Source of the DNA: Mobula hypostoma
Lineage: Eukaryota
Assembly (NCBI RefSeq): GCF_963921235.1
Contig: NC_086097.1
Location: forward strand, 235,044,001-235,108,000
Direction of reading: 5' to 3'
Length of the DNA: 64,000 nucleotides
Shown here one piece after another: positions 51,200-63,762 of this stretch (position 1 is its first letter; every line of letters starts with the position of its first letter). Below the pieces are notes generated by a model. That model searched no databases. It saw only the letters and a program-made list of their open reading frames with translations, and was not told where the DNA came from. Position numbers and translations under genes: made by a program.

Positions 51200-53360
51200 A
51201 GAATAAGGCAACCATGGCTGAAGTCAAGGGCAGCATAAAAGGAAAAGGGAGGGCATATAATTTCACAAAACATAGTGGGAAGTCAGAGGATTGGAACACT
51301 TTCAAAAACTAACAGAAGGTAACTAAAAATAAAGATAAACTATCCAAAAATATTATAGGGGACTCCAAATGTTCTTCTGGATATCTAAAGAATAAAAGGA
51401 AAGCAAGAGTGGATATTGGACCATTGGAAAAATATGCTGGAGAGGCTATATGCTGGGAACAAATAAATGGAAGATGAACTTATTAAGTATTTTGCATTAG
51501 TCTTCACTGTGGAAGACACCAGCAGTATGCCAGAAATTCAAGAGAGTCAGAGGGCAGAAGTGAGTATAGTTGCTATTACTAAGGAGAAGGTGGTTAGGAA
51601 GTTAAAAAATCTGAAGGTGGATAGGTCACTTAGATCAGATGAACAACACTCCAGGGTTCACAAAGAGGTAAATGAAGCGATTATGGTGGCATTAGTAATG
51701 GTCGCTCTAGAATCACTGGATACTGCAATGGATCTGAAAACTAGAAATTTGCAAATGTTATTCCACCCTTTAAGAAGAGAGGGAAGCAGAAGAGAGGAAA
51801 TTATAAGCCAGTTAGCCTGATTTCAGAGGTTGGGAAGATGTTGGAGTCCATCATTAAGGATGAGGTTTCAGGGTACTTGGAGGCACGTAATAAAGGAGGC
51901 CAAAACCAGCACGCCTTCCTGAAGGGGAAATCTTGCCTGATAAATCTGTTGGAATTCTTTGAGGAAATAACAGGCAGAATAGACAAAGGGAGATCAGTAG
52001 ATGTTGTTTACTTGGATTTTCAGAAGGCCTTTGACATGTGACTGCTTAACAAGATGATAACCCATGGTATTATAGGAAATATGTTAGTATGGATAAAAGA
52101 TTGGCTGATTGGCAAGAGGTAAAATGTCAGAATAAAGGGGTTTATTCTGTTTAGCTACCAGGAAGAAGTGATATTCTGCAGAGGTCAGTGCTTGGATGGC
52201 TTTTTTTCACGTTTAATGTCAATGATTTGGATGATGGAATCGATGGCTTTGTTGCCAAGTTTGCAGGTGATACAAAGATAGTTGGAGAGGCAGGTAGTGT
52301 TGAGGAAGCAGGGAGCTTACAGATGGACTTGCACATGTTCGAAGAATGGATGAAGAAGTGGCAGATAGAATATAATGCAGGGAAGTGTAGGATCAGGACC
52401 TTTGGTAGAAGGTATAAAGGGATAGACTATTTTCTAAACAGGGAGAAATTCAGAAATCAGAGGTGCAAAGTTACTTGGGATTCCTTGTGCAGGTTTCCCT
52501 AAAGTTTAACTTGCAGGCTGAGTTGACAGTAATGAAAGCAAATGCAATGTTAGCATTCATTTCGAGAGGACGAGAATATAGTAGCAAGGATGTTATGCTA
52601 TAGGTTTATAAGACATTCGTCAGACAGCACTTGGAGTATTGTCAGCAGTTTTGGGCTGTCTATCTGAGAAAAGATGTGCTGGTATTGAAGGTGGTCCAGA
52701 GGAGGTTTATGAAAGTGATTCTGGGAATGAAAGGGTTATTGTATGAGGAATATTTGATACTTCTGTGTCTGTATTTGCTGCAGTTGAGAAGAATGAGGGG
52801 GGTCTCATTGAAAACTATAGAATAATGGAAGGCCTAGATGGATGGATGTGGAGGGGATGTTTCCTGTTATGGGGGCATCTAGAACCATAAGGCCCAGCCT
52901 CAGAATAGAGGGATGTTCATTTGGAACAGAGATCAGAAGGAATTTCTTTTGCCAGAGGGTGGTGAATCTGTGGAATTCATTGCTACCAATGGCTGTAGAG
53001 ACAAAGTCATTGAGTATATGTAAAGCAGTGGTTGATAAAGTGGATGAGCATATTTAAAGCAGTGGTTAATGTCAGGGCATCACATGTTATGGGAGAAGGC
53101 AGGAGAATGGGGTTGAGAGGGATAATACTTTATACTTTATACATTATTGTTATACAGCGTGTAGGCCATCTGGCCCAAGTGAATTATCTACCTTCAGATC
53201 TCTCAGGTTCCCAAACACCTTCTCTTTAGTAATAGCAAGAACACTCACTTCTGCCCTCTGACACATTCCAGAAAATTGGATCAGCCACGATGAAATGGCA
53301 GATCAGACTCAATGGATTAAATGACCTATTTCTGCTCCAATATCTTATGGTCTTTAGGTC
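51200..53360 (+). mobile_element. CR1 LINE, decayed
   Basis: RT fragments 51467..53057 (VYLDFQKAFD, KFAGDTK) and a 3' tail. Confidence 0.87.
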
Positions 53361-53449
53361 TAATATACATCTGAAACAAAATTACAGAAAAAAAAACAGA
53401 TTTTGGATCATTCCAACTGCATTACCTGCATTACTGACATTTTATTACC

Positions 53450-53890
53450 TTACTTTACTTTACTTTATTGTCACCAAACAATTGATAATAGAGCGTACAA
53501 TCATCACAGCGATATTTGATTCTGCGCTTCGCGCTCCCTGGATTACAAATCGATAGTAAATATTAAAAATTTAAATTATAAATCATAAATAGAAAATAGA
53601 AAAGGGAAAGTAAGGTAGTGCAAAAAAAAAACCGAGAGGCAGGTCCGGACATTTGGAGGGTACAGCCCAAATCTGGGTCAGGATCCGTTCAGCAGTCTAA
53701 TCACAGTTGGAAAGAAGCTGTTCCTAAATCTGGCCGTATGAGTCTTCAAGCTCCTGAGCCTTCTCCCGGAGGGAAGAGGGATGAAAAGCGTGTTGGCTGG
53801 GTGGGTCGTGTCTTTCATTATCCTGGCAGCACTGCTCCGACAGCGTGCGGTGTAAAGTGAGTCCAAGGATGGAAGATTGGTTTGTGTATA
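53450..53890 (-). mobile_element. Rex1-type 3' fragment
   Basis: ORF 53678..53866 (HPANTLFIPLPSGRRLRS...FRNSFFP) and an (AAGTA)n tail. Confidence 0.82.
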
Positions 53891-53969
53891 TATCAGCCAT
53901 GATGAAATGGCAGAGCAGACTCGATGGACTGGAGGTGTAATTCAGCTTCTATGTCTTATAATCTTAATA

Positions 53970-55115
53970 CCTTACCTTTCCAGAACTTCAGAATTGTCCT
54001 CCTCCTTCAAAGGACGGGGTATTGCTTTGTCCACCATTGCCCTCACCTGCATCTCTTCCATTTCCCAGGCATCCACTATCACCCCATCTTCCCGCCATCG
54101 TAAAAGTGAGAGAGTCGCTTGTCCTTACCTGTCACCTCATGACTACCAAATCCAGATTCTCATTCTCCAAAACTTCTGCCATCTTCAACGTTATCCTACA
54201 TCTTTACCTCACTCACACTCTTCACTTTCCACATCGATCACTCTCCCTGTGATTCCCTTGTCCACTTGTCCCTCCCTACTAATCTCCCTCCTGGCATTTA
54301 TCCCTGCAAACGGAAGAAGTGCTACACCTCCTCCATCACCTCCATTAAGTGCCCCAAGCAGTCATTGCAGGTGAGGCAATATTTCATTTGTGAATCATTT
54401 GGGGTCGTCTTCTGTATTTTATGCTCCTAATGCGGCTCCCTCTGCATTGTTTTGACATAACTTAGTGTGGGGAATCGATTTGTTGAATACATTTGCTCCA
54501 TCTGCAACAGGTAGGATTTCCTCTTGGCCAACCTTTTTAATTCCAATCCCCACTTCCATTCCTACAGTCCTGTTTCAGCCTGAAAGGTCGACTGTAGTTT
54601 TTTATGCAAAGATGCTGCCTGGCCTGCTGAGTTCCTCCAGCATTTTGTGTGTGTTGCACAGTAAGACCACTCTGAGGTTGAAGGAGTAACACCTTATATT
54701 TAGTCTGTGTAGCCTCCAACCTGATGGCATGTACATCAGGTTCTCTAGCTTCTGCTAAATTTACCTCCCCCCCCCCAACCCTTCCTTCTTCTTCCATTCT
54801 TCAGTTTGGCTCCCCTCTTACCTCTTCTCTTCACCTGCCCTGATGCCCTTCCTTATTCCCTCTCTCCCATGTCCACTTTCCTCTCCTAGAAGATTCCTTC
54901 TTCTTCGGCACTTTACCTTTTCCAATGATCACCTCCCAGCTTTGCACATCATCACCCTCCCTCACTCACCTGGCTTCACCTATTACCTTTTAATATCTAT
55001 TACTTCCCCTCCTCCCACCTTCCTACTCCCCCATCTGAGCACAGAAAATCAACTGTTTACTCCTTTCCATAGACGCTACCTGACCTGCTGAATTCATCCA
55101 GCATTTCATATGTGA
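53970..55115 (+). mobile_element. Penelope-like element with decayed GIY-YIG endonuclease
   Basis: Manual translation from ~54371: VRQYFICESFGVVFCILCS*CGSLCIV...GNRFVE, and at ~54710 SLQPDGMYI. Pyrimidine-rich 3'UTR. A terminal-repeat piece is nested at ~54563-54659. Confidence 0.8.
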
Positions 55116-56270
55116 AATTATAATAATTCAGTTTCAGGTTGATATATTATGTTTTTAATAACCGTGTCTAATTACTAAACTGAGGTTGAAGAGAGAGCAG
55201 GGTGCATTGCTTGAACGTTAATGAATTACCCTTGATATGGAAGGCATTCAGGCTTGTTGAAGCTATACTCAAAAGACTGCTTGATTTAATTGTGTGTACT
55301 TGCTTGTGAACTGAGAAAATCATCTTTTTTCATATAACTAGAACAGATCCCATTGTTCAAGCTTTTAAAAAAAAGCTCAGAGTGTTTGTAACTCCCAGGT
55401 TGTTTTTGAAATCCGTGAATGGCTTTTCCAATTGATTCACTAACCCAATGCAAAAGCCTCATTGGAAGTTCTGCAGGTTCTCCGATGCTTATTTGGAGAC
55501 ACCGCTGCAAGAGGTCAAGACAAGGAAAAAGTTTACAGTACAACCGAGAGTAAATCAAAAGAAAACATGGAGTGGCTTTGCTCCGGGAGGTTCATTTGCA
55601 AGCCAGGGATATACTGCTTCAGTGAACTTGCCTCAGTACAGTTCCTCACCCCTCTCCAGCTGTCTTCAAGACATGCTGTCAATAATCTTCCCTTTCCCTC
55701 AGCACGTCCAACAATTCATTCCCTTCCATCACATCTTCCACCACCCAGCATTTGCTATAAGTATGCAAAATCTTCACAGCTGGCGGTAACATAACTCTCT
55801 GCTTGCTTTCCAACCTAACCATGATTGTTAGGTTTCTCCTTGACTCCGTCCTTACTTTACATTCTTTATGGTCGTTCACTCACCACAGTTGACTGACTTC
55901 ACCATCCGCTGCTTCTCCCTGTCAAATGTTGCCCTAAAGGGAGCTGCTCCTCACATCTACAATGTCCCATGTTGTAGAGATATTCCTGCCCTAGCTTCCT
56001 TCATCTGAAGAGGAAGACAGTGCACACATCAGGGAGCAGGGTACAGACCGGGTAAGCTAATTAAAGCAGAAAGAGTTAGAAATCCATGGTGTCTCCAGTG
56101 TGTCAATGTATACCACTATAGTGGAGACTGCCATGGAGAGGAGCTCTGATTTTATCATTTATGACTAACAGAAAATTGCACCTTGATCCTAGAAACAGTT
56201 GTTCAGCTATTGAAGCATATTCCCTTTTCTCTAGGCTCTACCCAGTGGGCTGCATCCCAAAGAAGAGATA

Positions 56271-56833
56271 CACTCAGTGGTCAAATTATTAGGTACCTCC
56301 TGTATCCAATAAAGTGGTCACTAAGTGTACGTTCATGGTCTCTTGCTGCTGCAATCCATCCATTTCATAAATGGACATGTTGTGCATTCAAAGATGCTCT
56401 TCTGCACACCGCTGTTTTAACATGCGGTTATTTGAGTTACTGTTGCCTTCCTGTCAGCTGGAACCAGTCTGGCCATTCTCCTCTGACCTCTCTCATTAAC
56501 AAGGTATTTTTACCACATAACTGTGGCTCACTGGATGTTTTTTCCTTTTGTTTCTCACTCCATTCTCTATAAACTCTAGAGAGTGTTGTGCATGAAAATC
56601 CCAGAAGATCAACAGTTTCTGAGATACTGAAATCACTCAATTTGGCACCAACAATCCCTCCACGGTTAAAGCCACTTAGATCACACTTCTTCCCCATTCT
56701 GATATTTGGTCTGAACAACAAATGAACCTCTTGACCATGTCTGCATGCTTCTTTGAATTGAGTTGCTGCCAAATGACTGGATGCTTAGATATTTGCGTTA
56801 TTGAGGTGTATCTGAAACAGTGGCAACTGAGTG
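56271..56833 (-). mobile_element. Non-autonomous Tc1-like transposon (563 bp)
   Basis: TA-flanked TIRs CACTCAGTGG / CAACTGAGTG. Retains the transposase N-terminal HTH (MGKKCDLS...SISETVDLLGFSCTTLSRVYREW). Confidence 0.9.
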
Positions 56834-56964
56834 TATGACTGGCTGGCATGCTGAATGAATGTTTTCTTGATGTGGGAACCTAGGACTGAAGTCAGTTTTA
56901 TTGTAAAAGTGGCTTGCATTTCAGGTGGAGAAGAATAAAAAAAGTTTCCCTCCTGAGATGGTGA

Positions 56965-57416
56965 TAGAAACATAGAATACCTACAGCACAGTACAGGCCC
57001 TTCAGCCCACAATGCTGTGCCAAATATGTACTTACTTTAGAAATTTTCTAGGGTTACCCATAGCCCTCTATTTTTCTAAGCTCCATGTACCTATCCAGGA
57101 GTGTCTTAAAAGACCCTATTGTATCCGCCTCCAGCACTGTTGCTGGCAGCCCATTCCACGCACTCACCACTCTCTGTGTAAAAAACTTACCCCTGACATC
57201 TCCTCTGTACCTACTTCCAAGCACCTTAAAACTGTGCCCTCTTGTGTTAGCCATTTCAGCCCTGGGAAAAAGTGTCTGACCATTCACATGAACAATGCCT
57301 CTCATCATCTTATATACCTCTATCAAGTCACCTCTCATCCTCTGTCGCTCCAAGGAGAAAAGGCTGAGTTCACTCAACTTATTCTCATAAGGTATGCTCC
57401 CCAATCCAGGCAACAA
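56965..57416 (-). mobile_element. CR1 3' portion
   Basis: Open ORF 57054..57416. Same subfamily as 20985-21890 and ~61995-62310. Confidence 0.88.
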
Positions 57417-58307
57417 TCCGCCGGAAATTATTCATCCGAGGGAAATCCTTAGGTCCACCTTTGCGTTATAGGATCAGAATGAGAATCAGGTTTAATATCA
57501 CTGGTATATGTCATGAAATTTACTGTTCATCAAGTTGAGTGTGTGTGCCTTCAGTTGCCTGTACCTACTCGCTGATGGTAACAATGAGAAGAGGGCATGC
57601 TCATCTTCTGGGTGATGGGAGTCTTTAATGATGGATGCTGCTTTTTGGAGACATCACTCCTTGAAGATGCCCTGGATGCTAGGGAGGCTGTGCCCTTGAT
57701 AGAGCTTGATTTACTTTTGTCACGTGTGTGTGCTGACAGACAACTGAACCCAGATACGAGGGAATGACAGTCTCCCATGTAGAGACAGAAACAAGAGTTT
57801 ATTCATAGGAATTCCGACAGAACATGAGAGGCTTGATCGAGTAACACCGCAAGACGAATCATTCTCAAAACACAAGGATCCCGCAAAAAGTATTAATCAG
57901 GAGTCCACTTTAAATAATCACAGAACGCGGATATCCCGTGCCAGTCAAAATAAACTTGACAAGATTAAACAGAAAGAACAATGGTTTAGCAACTCTAGGT
58001 AAGACAACAATTAGCAAATACAGGTGCACAGGCCTGCAGGAATAATGACAACATTGGTCAAGCAAATTACAGTAAAATTCAAGATGCTTGCTTGGGCACA
58101 CAAACAGTACTGTCTAGCATCACTTGTACAGTTTAGTGTATAAACTTTCAGAGTTTAGTGCATAAACTTATACATTATATAGTTTAGTGTATAAACTTAT
58201 AAAGCTGTATCCTATGATCATCCAATAACATGCATTGGTATAATTGTGATAAAGTTATGTTGATATATCCTTTATTTGTCTTGACTGACTGATTGAGTTA
58301 GAACTTT

Positions 58308-58945
58308 GGGGTGCCTCAGTAGCGTAACCATTAGTTTGATGCTATTACAGCTCAGGCATTCAGAGTTCAGAGTTCAATTCCAGCACCATCTGTAAAGAGT
58401 TTGTACGTTATCCTGTGACTGCATGGGTTTCCTCCAAGTGCTCCAGTTTCTCCTGCAGTCCAAAGACATACTGGTTAGTAGGTTAATTTTTCATTGCAAA
58501 TTGTCCTATGATTAGGCTAACATTAAATAGGTGGGTTGCTGGGTGATGAGGCTCATTGGGCCAGAAGGGCCTGTTCTACGCTCTGTCCCTAATTACCCAA
58601 CTAACTAATTATGGCCAAGTGGCCAAGTAGTTAAGGCATCGGTCTAGTGATCTGAAGGTTGCTAGTTCGAGCCTCAGCTGAGGCAGCGTGTTGTGTCCTT
58701 AAGCAAGGCACTTAACCACACATTGCTCTGCGACAACACCGGTGCCAAGCTGTATCGGCCCTAGTGCCCTTCCCTTGGACAACATCGGTGGCGTGGAGAG
58801 GGGAGACCTGCAGCATGGGCAACTGCTGGTCTTCCATACAATCTTGCCCAGGCCTGCGCTCTGGAAAGCTTCCAAGACGCAAATCCATGGTCTCACGTGA
58901 CTAACGGATGCCTATTAACTAATTAACTAGATAAATAAATAAAAC
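58308..58945 (+). mobile_element. HE1-like V-SINE with a second SINE in its tail
   Basis: Head, V core GGGTTTCCTCCAAGTGCTCCAGTTTC, GAAGGGCCTGTTC tail. AATAAA repeats resume after the insertion. Confidence 0.8.
58612..58915 (+). mobile_element. tRNA-derived CORE-like SINE
   Basis: TSD TAACTAATTA (58602-58611 and 58916-58925), B box AGTTCGAGCC, CORE-like GTGTCCTTAAGCAAGGCACTTAACC. Confidence 0.82.
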
Positions 58946-58978
58946 TTCCAGAAAGGTTATAGGTAAGTGAATATTTCA

Positions 58979-59805
58979 TGTGACGAAAAACCAAGTTATC
59001 AGAAGATGATGAGAGAGATAAGAGAGACAAAGGGAGAAGCGTTCAAAATGTTAATGAGAGAAGGGAGAGATTAACGAAAAGAGACACAGTTCTGAGTATT
59101 GACAGACCAGTTGCTTTGAACCTAAAGTGTTTGAAGTTTGATGGACAGGCGATACCCCAGCAGGGGGATAAAAGGAACAGGTTCGCTAAGGCACTACAGA
59201 CACCACGAGATCACGAGATAATGAGACCCTGGAAGTGCGGTGTGCCCCCCCCCCACACAAGTTGGTGGGAGTTTGGAGGTCTGGTCGCGGGACCGACCAT
59301 AGACGCACAGGGTGAAAAGGTACGATCGGCGGGAACCTGGTGTGTGTGTCTGCCCCTGCCTGGGTGCCGGGTTCACCGCAGAAGAACGATCGTATCCGGA
59401 ATGGAGGGGTCACAGTCGGTGACCTCCAAAGACAGTAAAAGGGCTCGCCCGAAAGCTAACTGCAGGGAACATCAAAGGTCTGTTGAATCGAAATTTGCAT
59501 TCGCTCTCTCTCTCTCCAATGGCACAACAGCGATTACTGCGAACTGTACTCGGCTGAACTGAACTTTGTGTCACTTGAGACTGATCATTTTACCCTAGAC
59601 TGCGATAGAGCTTGATTGATTCCTATTATCCTAGTTCTGTGTACATGCGTGTTTTATCATTGCTAACCTGTTGCATTTATATCCTTACTATTAGAGTACT
59701 GTGTTACTTATTTCTTTAATAAAACTTTCTTAGTTCCAGTAATCCAGACTCCAACTAGTGGTCCATTTCTGCTGGTTTGGCAACCCAGTTACGGGGTACG
59801 TAACA
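58979..59805 (+). mobile_element. Solo LTR (827 bp)
   Basis: TGT...ACA termini, 4-bp TSD TTCA (58975-58978 and 59806-59809), GATAAAA near 59167, AATAAA near 59718. CpG retained. Confidence 0.9.
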
Positions 59806-60089
59806 TTCATAATAGGCAAAATAATTTTCTTATAAATGATATTACACACTCCACAGGGATTCAGATCATAATATGTTCAATAGAGCAATGAGCTCTTCTT
59901 CTTCGGTTTTCTCTCAGATTTCAGGACTGCCTTGATGGGTGACCAGATAGAGATACATAAGATGATGAGGGGCAGAGACAGGGTGAAAGCACATATTCAT
60001 TTTCCCAGGGCAACACACACAATAAACTGGAGAAACTCAGCAGATCAGGCAGCATTTATGGAGGGGAATAAGCGATTGAAATAAATTAA

Positions 60090-60650
60090 AAGATAATTTA
60101 TTGACATACAGCGCAGAGTGGCCATTTTGGCCCTTCAAGCTGCCCCGCCAGGACCCCAGATTTAATTCTAGCATAATCATAGGACAATTTACAATGACCA
60201 ATTAACCTACAAACCAATACGTCTTTGGACTGTGGGTGGAAAACAGAGCAATCGGAGGAAACTCACGCAGTCAAGGGAAGAATGTACAAGCTCTTTACAT
60301 TTTGCGGTGGCTGGAATTGAACTCACCTCGCCTGTATTGTAAAGCATTGCTACCATGCAGTGACATTAAGCTTCCGAGATATCAACATCAAGGGGGGACA
60401 AGATAGTGTAATGGTTAGCACAATGCTTTCCAGTACAAGCGACCCAGGTTGAATTCCTGTCACTCTCTGTAAGGAGTTTGTACGTTTCCGCATAACTACA
60501 TTCATTCTCGCTGGATGTTTTTGTTTCTTCCCACATTCCAGGTTAATTGTCATTGCAAATTATCCCTTGATTAGGCTAGGGTTAAATTGGGGTTGCTCAA
60601 AAGGCTGAAAGGGCCTATTATGTGCTGTATCTCAATAAATAAATAAATAT
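60090..60650. mobile_element. Head-to-head pair of HE1-like SINEs
   Basis: Minus copy at ~60090-60362 and plus copy at ~60393-60650. Confidence 0.78.
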
Positions 60651-60778
60651 TCCACAATTTTAATTGTTTTTTTGTGCATTTCCAAATCTTTACAAAGGAT
60701 GTTCTAATATTAGTTGACTAGTGATATTAGTATATCCATATCAGACATGTTGCCACTGTTAACATCTGGTGAGTGTGG

Positions 60779-61425
60779 TGTTACAAACCCACAGGTTTCG
60801 TTTACTGTGGACTGTCACTTTAAGAGCACCTAAATGAGGCGAGACTATGATGTTATTCACTGACTGACCTGCAGCTTGTTTAACTTTAAAACAAGGACAC
60901 AGACAGTCAGAGTCGAGAGAGAGAGAGAGAGAGAGAGAGAAAAGAAACCAGCTGCTGAAACTTCAGCTGGTCACTGCGATGGTTTGAAACTCTTTTAAGC
61001 CCAAAAGATTCCATTAAATATCGGCACACAGTGCACAACGAAGGTGGGACTGTCACTTCATATAATCTAAAGGAGTGGATTTTTCGGGATTTCCTGTGGA
61101 GACCACTTATGTGTCAATCTTTGCCTGGCATGTTGTGTGGCAGCCATTTGAAGACGATATCCTTGTGACAGATCAGTTTCGGTGATAATTTGTATGTGGA
61201 TTTGGAACAACACGATGGACAAGATTTACAGTGACTGTTATCTTGTTTTATCATCGTGGAATCTGTGGAATACTTCGTAATTACCTCTTCTCTACGTTTC
61301 ACCCTGGATTACAAATATCTCTCTCCTATCATTCATCCCGTGGATGAACTGAACTTTCTTACTTTACTATCTCAAGAATCTAAGCTTTGTTTCCCCAAGC
61401 TTAACTTAGTTTGGGAGCTATATTT

Positions 61426-61458
<33 letters not shown>

Positions 61459-61606
61459 CACACGCAAACACTTAACATTTGCTTATCTTGGTTAAGTTAC
61501 AATATTATAAATAGATAGTAATAAAGATAGTGGTATTAACATTAAAACCCGACTCTGTGAAATCTCTTGCTGCTGATTTATTTCCAAAATGTTACCATTC
61601 CTAACA
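60779..61606 (+). mobile_element. Solo LTR (828 bp)
   Basis: TGTTA...TAACA termini, 4-bp TSD GTGG (60775-60778 and 61607-61610), internal (GA)n and (CA)n(TA)n, AATAAA near 61520. Confidence 0.88.
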
Positions 61607-62449
61607 GTGGCCCTCACCATATATTTTGCTCAAAACTTCCAGGTTATAGGGCAAGTCTTTCTTGAAGTTTGAACTGCCACAGAACACATTCCTGAGCACA
61701 TCCGCTGTAGGTTTCTTGATGGAGAGAATTGATTATGTGAAGCCAGAATGCATAGCTCAAATTGTACAGTTTTCATTCATTCCCCATTGAACAGGAGATT
61801 CAAAATCCTACCACCGATAGAGAACAGGACCACATTCCTCAGGACTGAATAATTTAAATGAATGAAACCCAAAATGAATATCTATAACCTCTCCCAAAAT
61901 TCCCAATCCCATTACTGAAATAGTACAGTTTTAATCACCTTGGGTTATCCATTTTGGGTTTGATTAATCGGAACAACTTAACCACATAAGATGGGTGTAT
62001 AAAATGATGAGAGATGTTGATCGTGTGGATGGCCAAAGGCTTTTTCCCAGGGCTGAAATGGCTAACACAAGGGGACATAGCTTTAAGGTGCATGGAAGTG
62101 ATACAAGGGGGATGTCAGGGGTAATTTTCTCACACAGAGAGTGGAGGGTGTGTGGAATGCACTACCGGTGATGGTGGTGGAGACGGTTACAATAGGGTCT
62201 TTTAAGAGACTCTTAGATTGGTACATGGAGCTTCGATAAATAGATGGCTATGCAGTAGGGAAATTCTAGGCAGTTTCTGGAGTAAGTTACGTGGTTGGTA
62301 CAACATTGTTGCTGTACTTACCTGAGTATGTCTATGTCCCCAGATCCCATGGTGTTGCATAATCTTCACGAATTAACAAAAAAAATAAGATTACTGATGT
62401 TGATTGCTCATTTCAATCAAATGGAGGATTGATTGGGCTAATGTGAAAG

Positions 62450-63762
62450 GCCGAAGCCAGCATGGTTTCATGAAGGGAAGATCCTGCCTTACCAACTTAT
62501 TGGAATTTTTTGAGGTAATCTTGAATAAGATTGACAAGGGAGAGGCTGTGGATGTTGTGTATTTGGATTTTCAAAAGGCCTTTGATAAGGTGCCGCATAT
62601 GAGGCTGCTTAATAAGATGAGAGCCCATGGAACTCTAGGAAAGATATTGAAATGGGTGGAGCATTGGCTGATAGGCAGAAAGCGAAGGGTGAGAATAAAG
62701 GGATCCTATTTTGATTGGTTGCTGGTTACTAGTGGTGTTCCGCAGGGGTCGGTGTTGGGGCCGCTTCTTTTTACGATGTATATCGATGATTTGGATTATG
62801 GATTAAACGGTTTTGTGGCCAAGTTTGCGGATGACACCAAGATAGGTGGAGGAGCAGGAAATGTTGAAGAAACGGAAAGGTTGCAGAGAGACTTAGTCAG
62901 TTTAGGAGAGTGGGCAAAGAAATGGCAGATGAGATACAACGTTGACAAATGTACGGTTGTACATTTCGGAAGAAGAAATAATCGGGCAGATTATTATTTA
63001 GATGGGGAGAAAATTCAAAAATCGGAAGTGCAAAGGGACTTGGGGGTCCTCGTGCAGGATATCCTAAAGGTTAACCACCAAGTTGGATTGGCGGTAAGGA
63101 AAGCGAATGCTATGTTGGCATTCATTTCAAGAGGAATAATGTATAAGAGTAAGGAGGTGTTGATGAGGCTCTATGGGGCATTAGTGAGACCTCATTTAGA
63201 ATACTGTGTGCAGTTTTGGGCCCCCTATCTTAGAAAGGATATACTGATGTTGGAGAGAGTTCAGAGAAGATTTACGAGGATGATTCCTGGAATGCAGGGG
63301 CTAACATATGAGGAGCGTCTGTCGGCTCTTGGATTGTATTCATTAGAGTATAGAAGAATGAGAGGGATCTCATAGAAACGTTTCAAATGTTGAAAAGGTT
63401 GGACAGAGTAGATGTGGAAAGGTTGTTTCCCTTGGTGGGTGAATCCAGGACAAGAGGCCATAGTCTTAGAATTAGAGGGTACCCAGTTAAAACAGAGATG
63501 AGGAGAAATTTTTTTAGCCAGAGGGTCGTGGATTTGTGGAATTCGTTGCCACATACAGCTGTGGAGGCCTGATCATTGAGGGTGTTTAAGGAGGAGATTG
63601 ACAGATATCTAATTAGTCAGGGTATCAAGGGATATGGGGAAAAAGCCGGAAATTGGAACTAGATGGGTGAATAGTTTAGCTCATGGGGGAGCTGCGGAGC
63701 AGACTCGATGGGCCGAATGGCCTACTTCTGCTCCTTTGTCTTGTGATCTTGTGATCTTGTGA
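62450..63762 (+). mobile_element. Young 5'-truncated CR1
   Basis: ORF 62404..63375 is an open RT (QHGF, DFQKAFDK, GVPQGSVLGP, KFADDTK) with a frameshift at ~63365 and a (CTTGTGAT)n tail. Confidence 0.94.

Noticed and set aside
58130..58197. CRISPR-like repeat-spacer pattern
   Set aside because: Repeats are 17 bp with 5- and 12-bp spacers, in a eukaryotic context with no cas genes.
59116..59562. 148-aa ORF
   Set aside because: Lies wholly within a solo LTR and has no protein motif.
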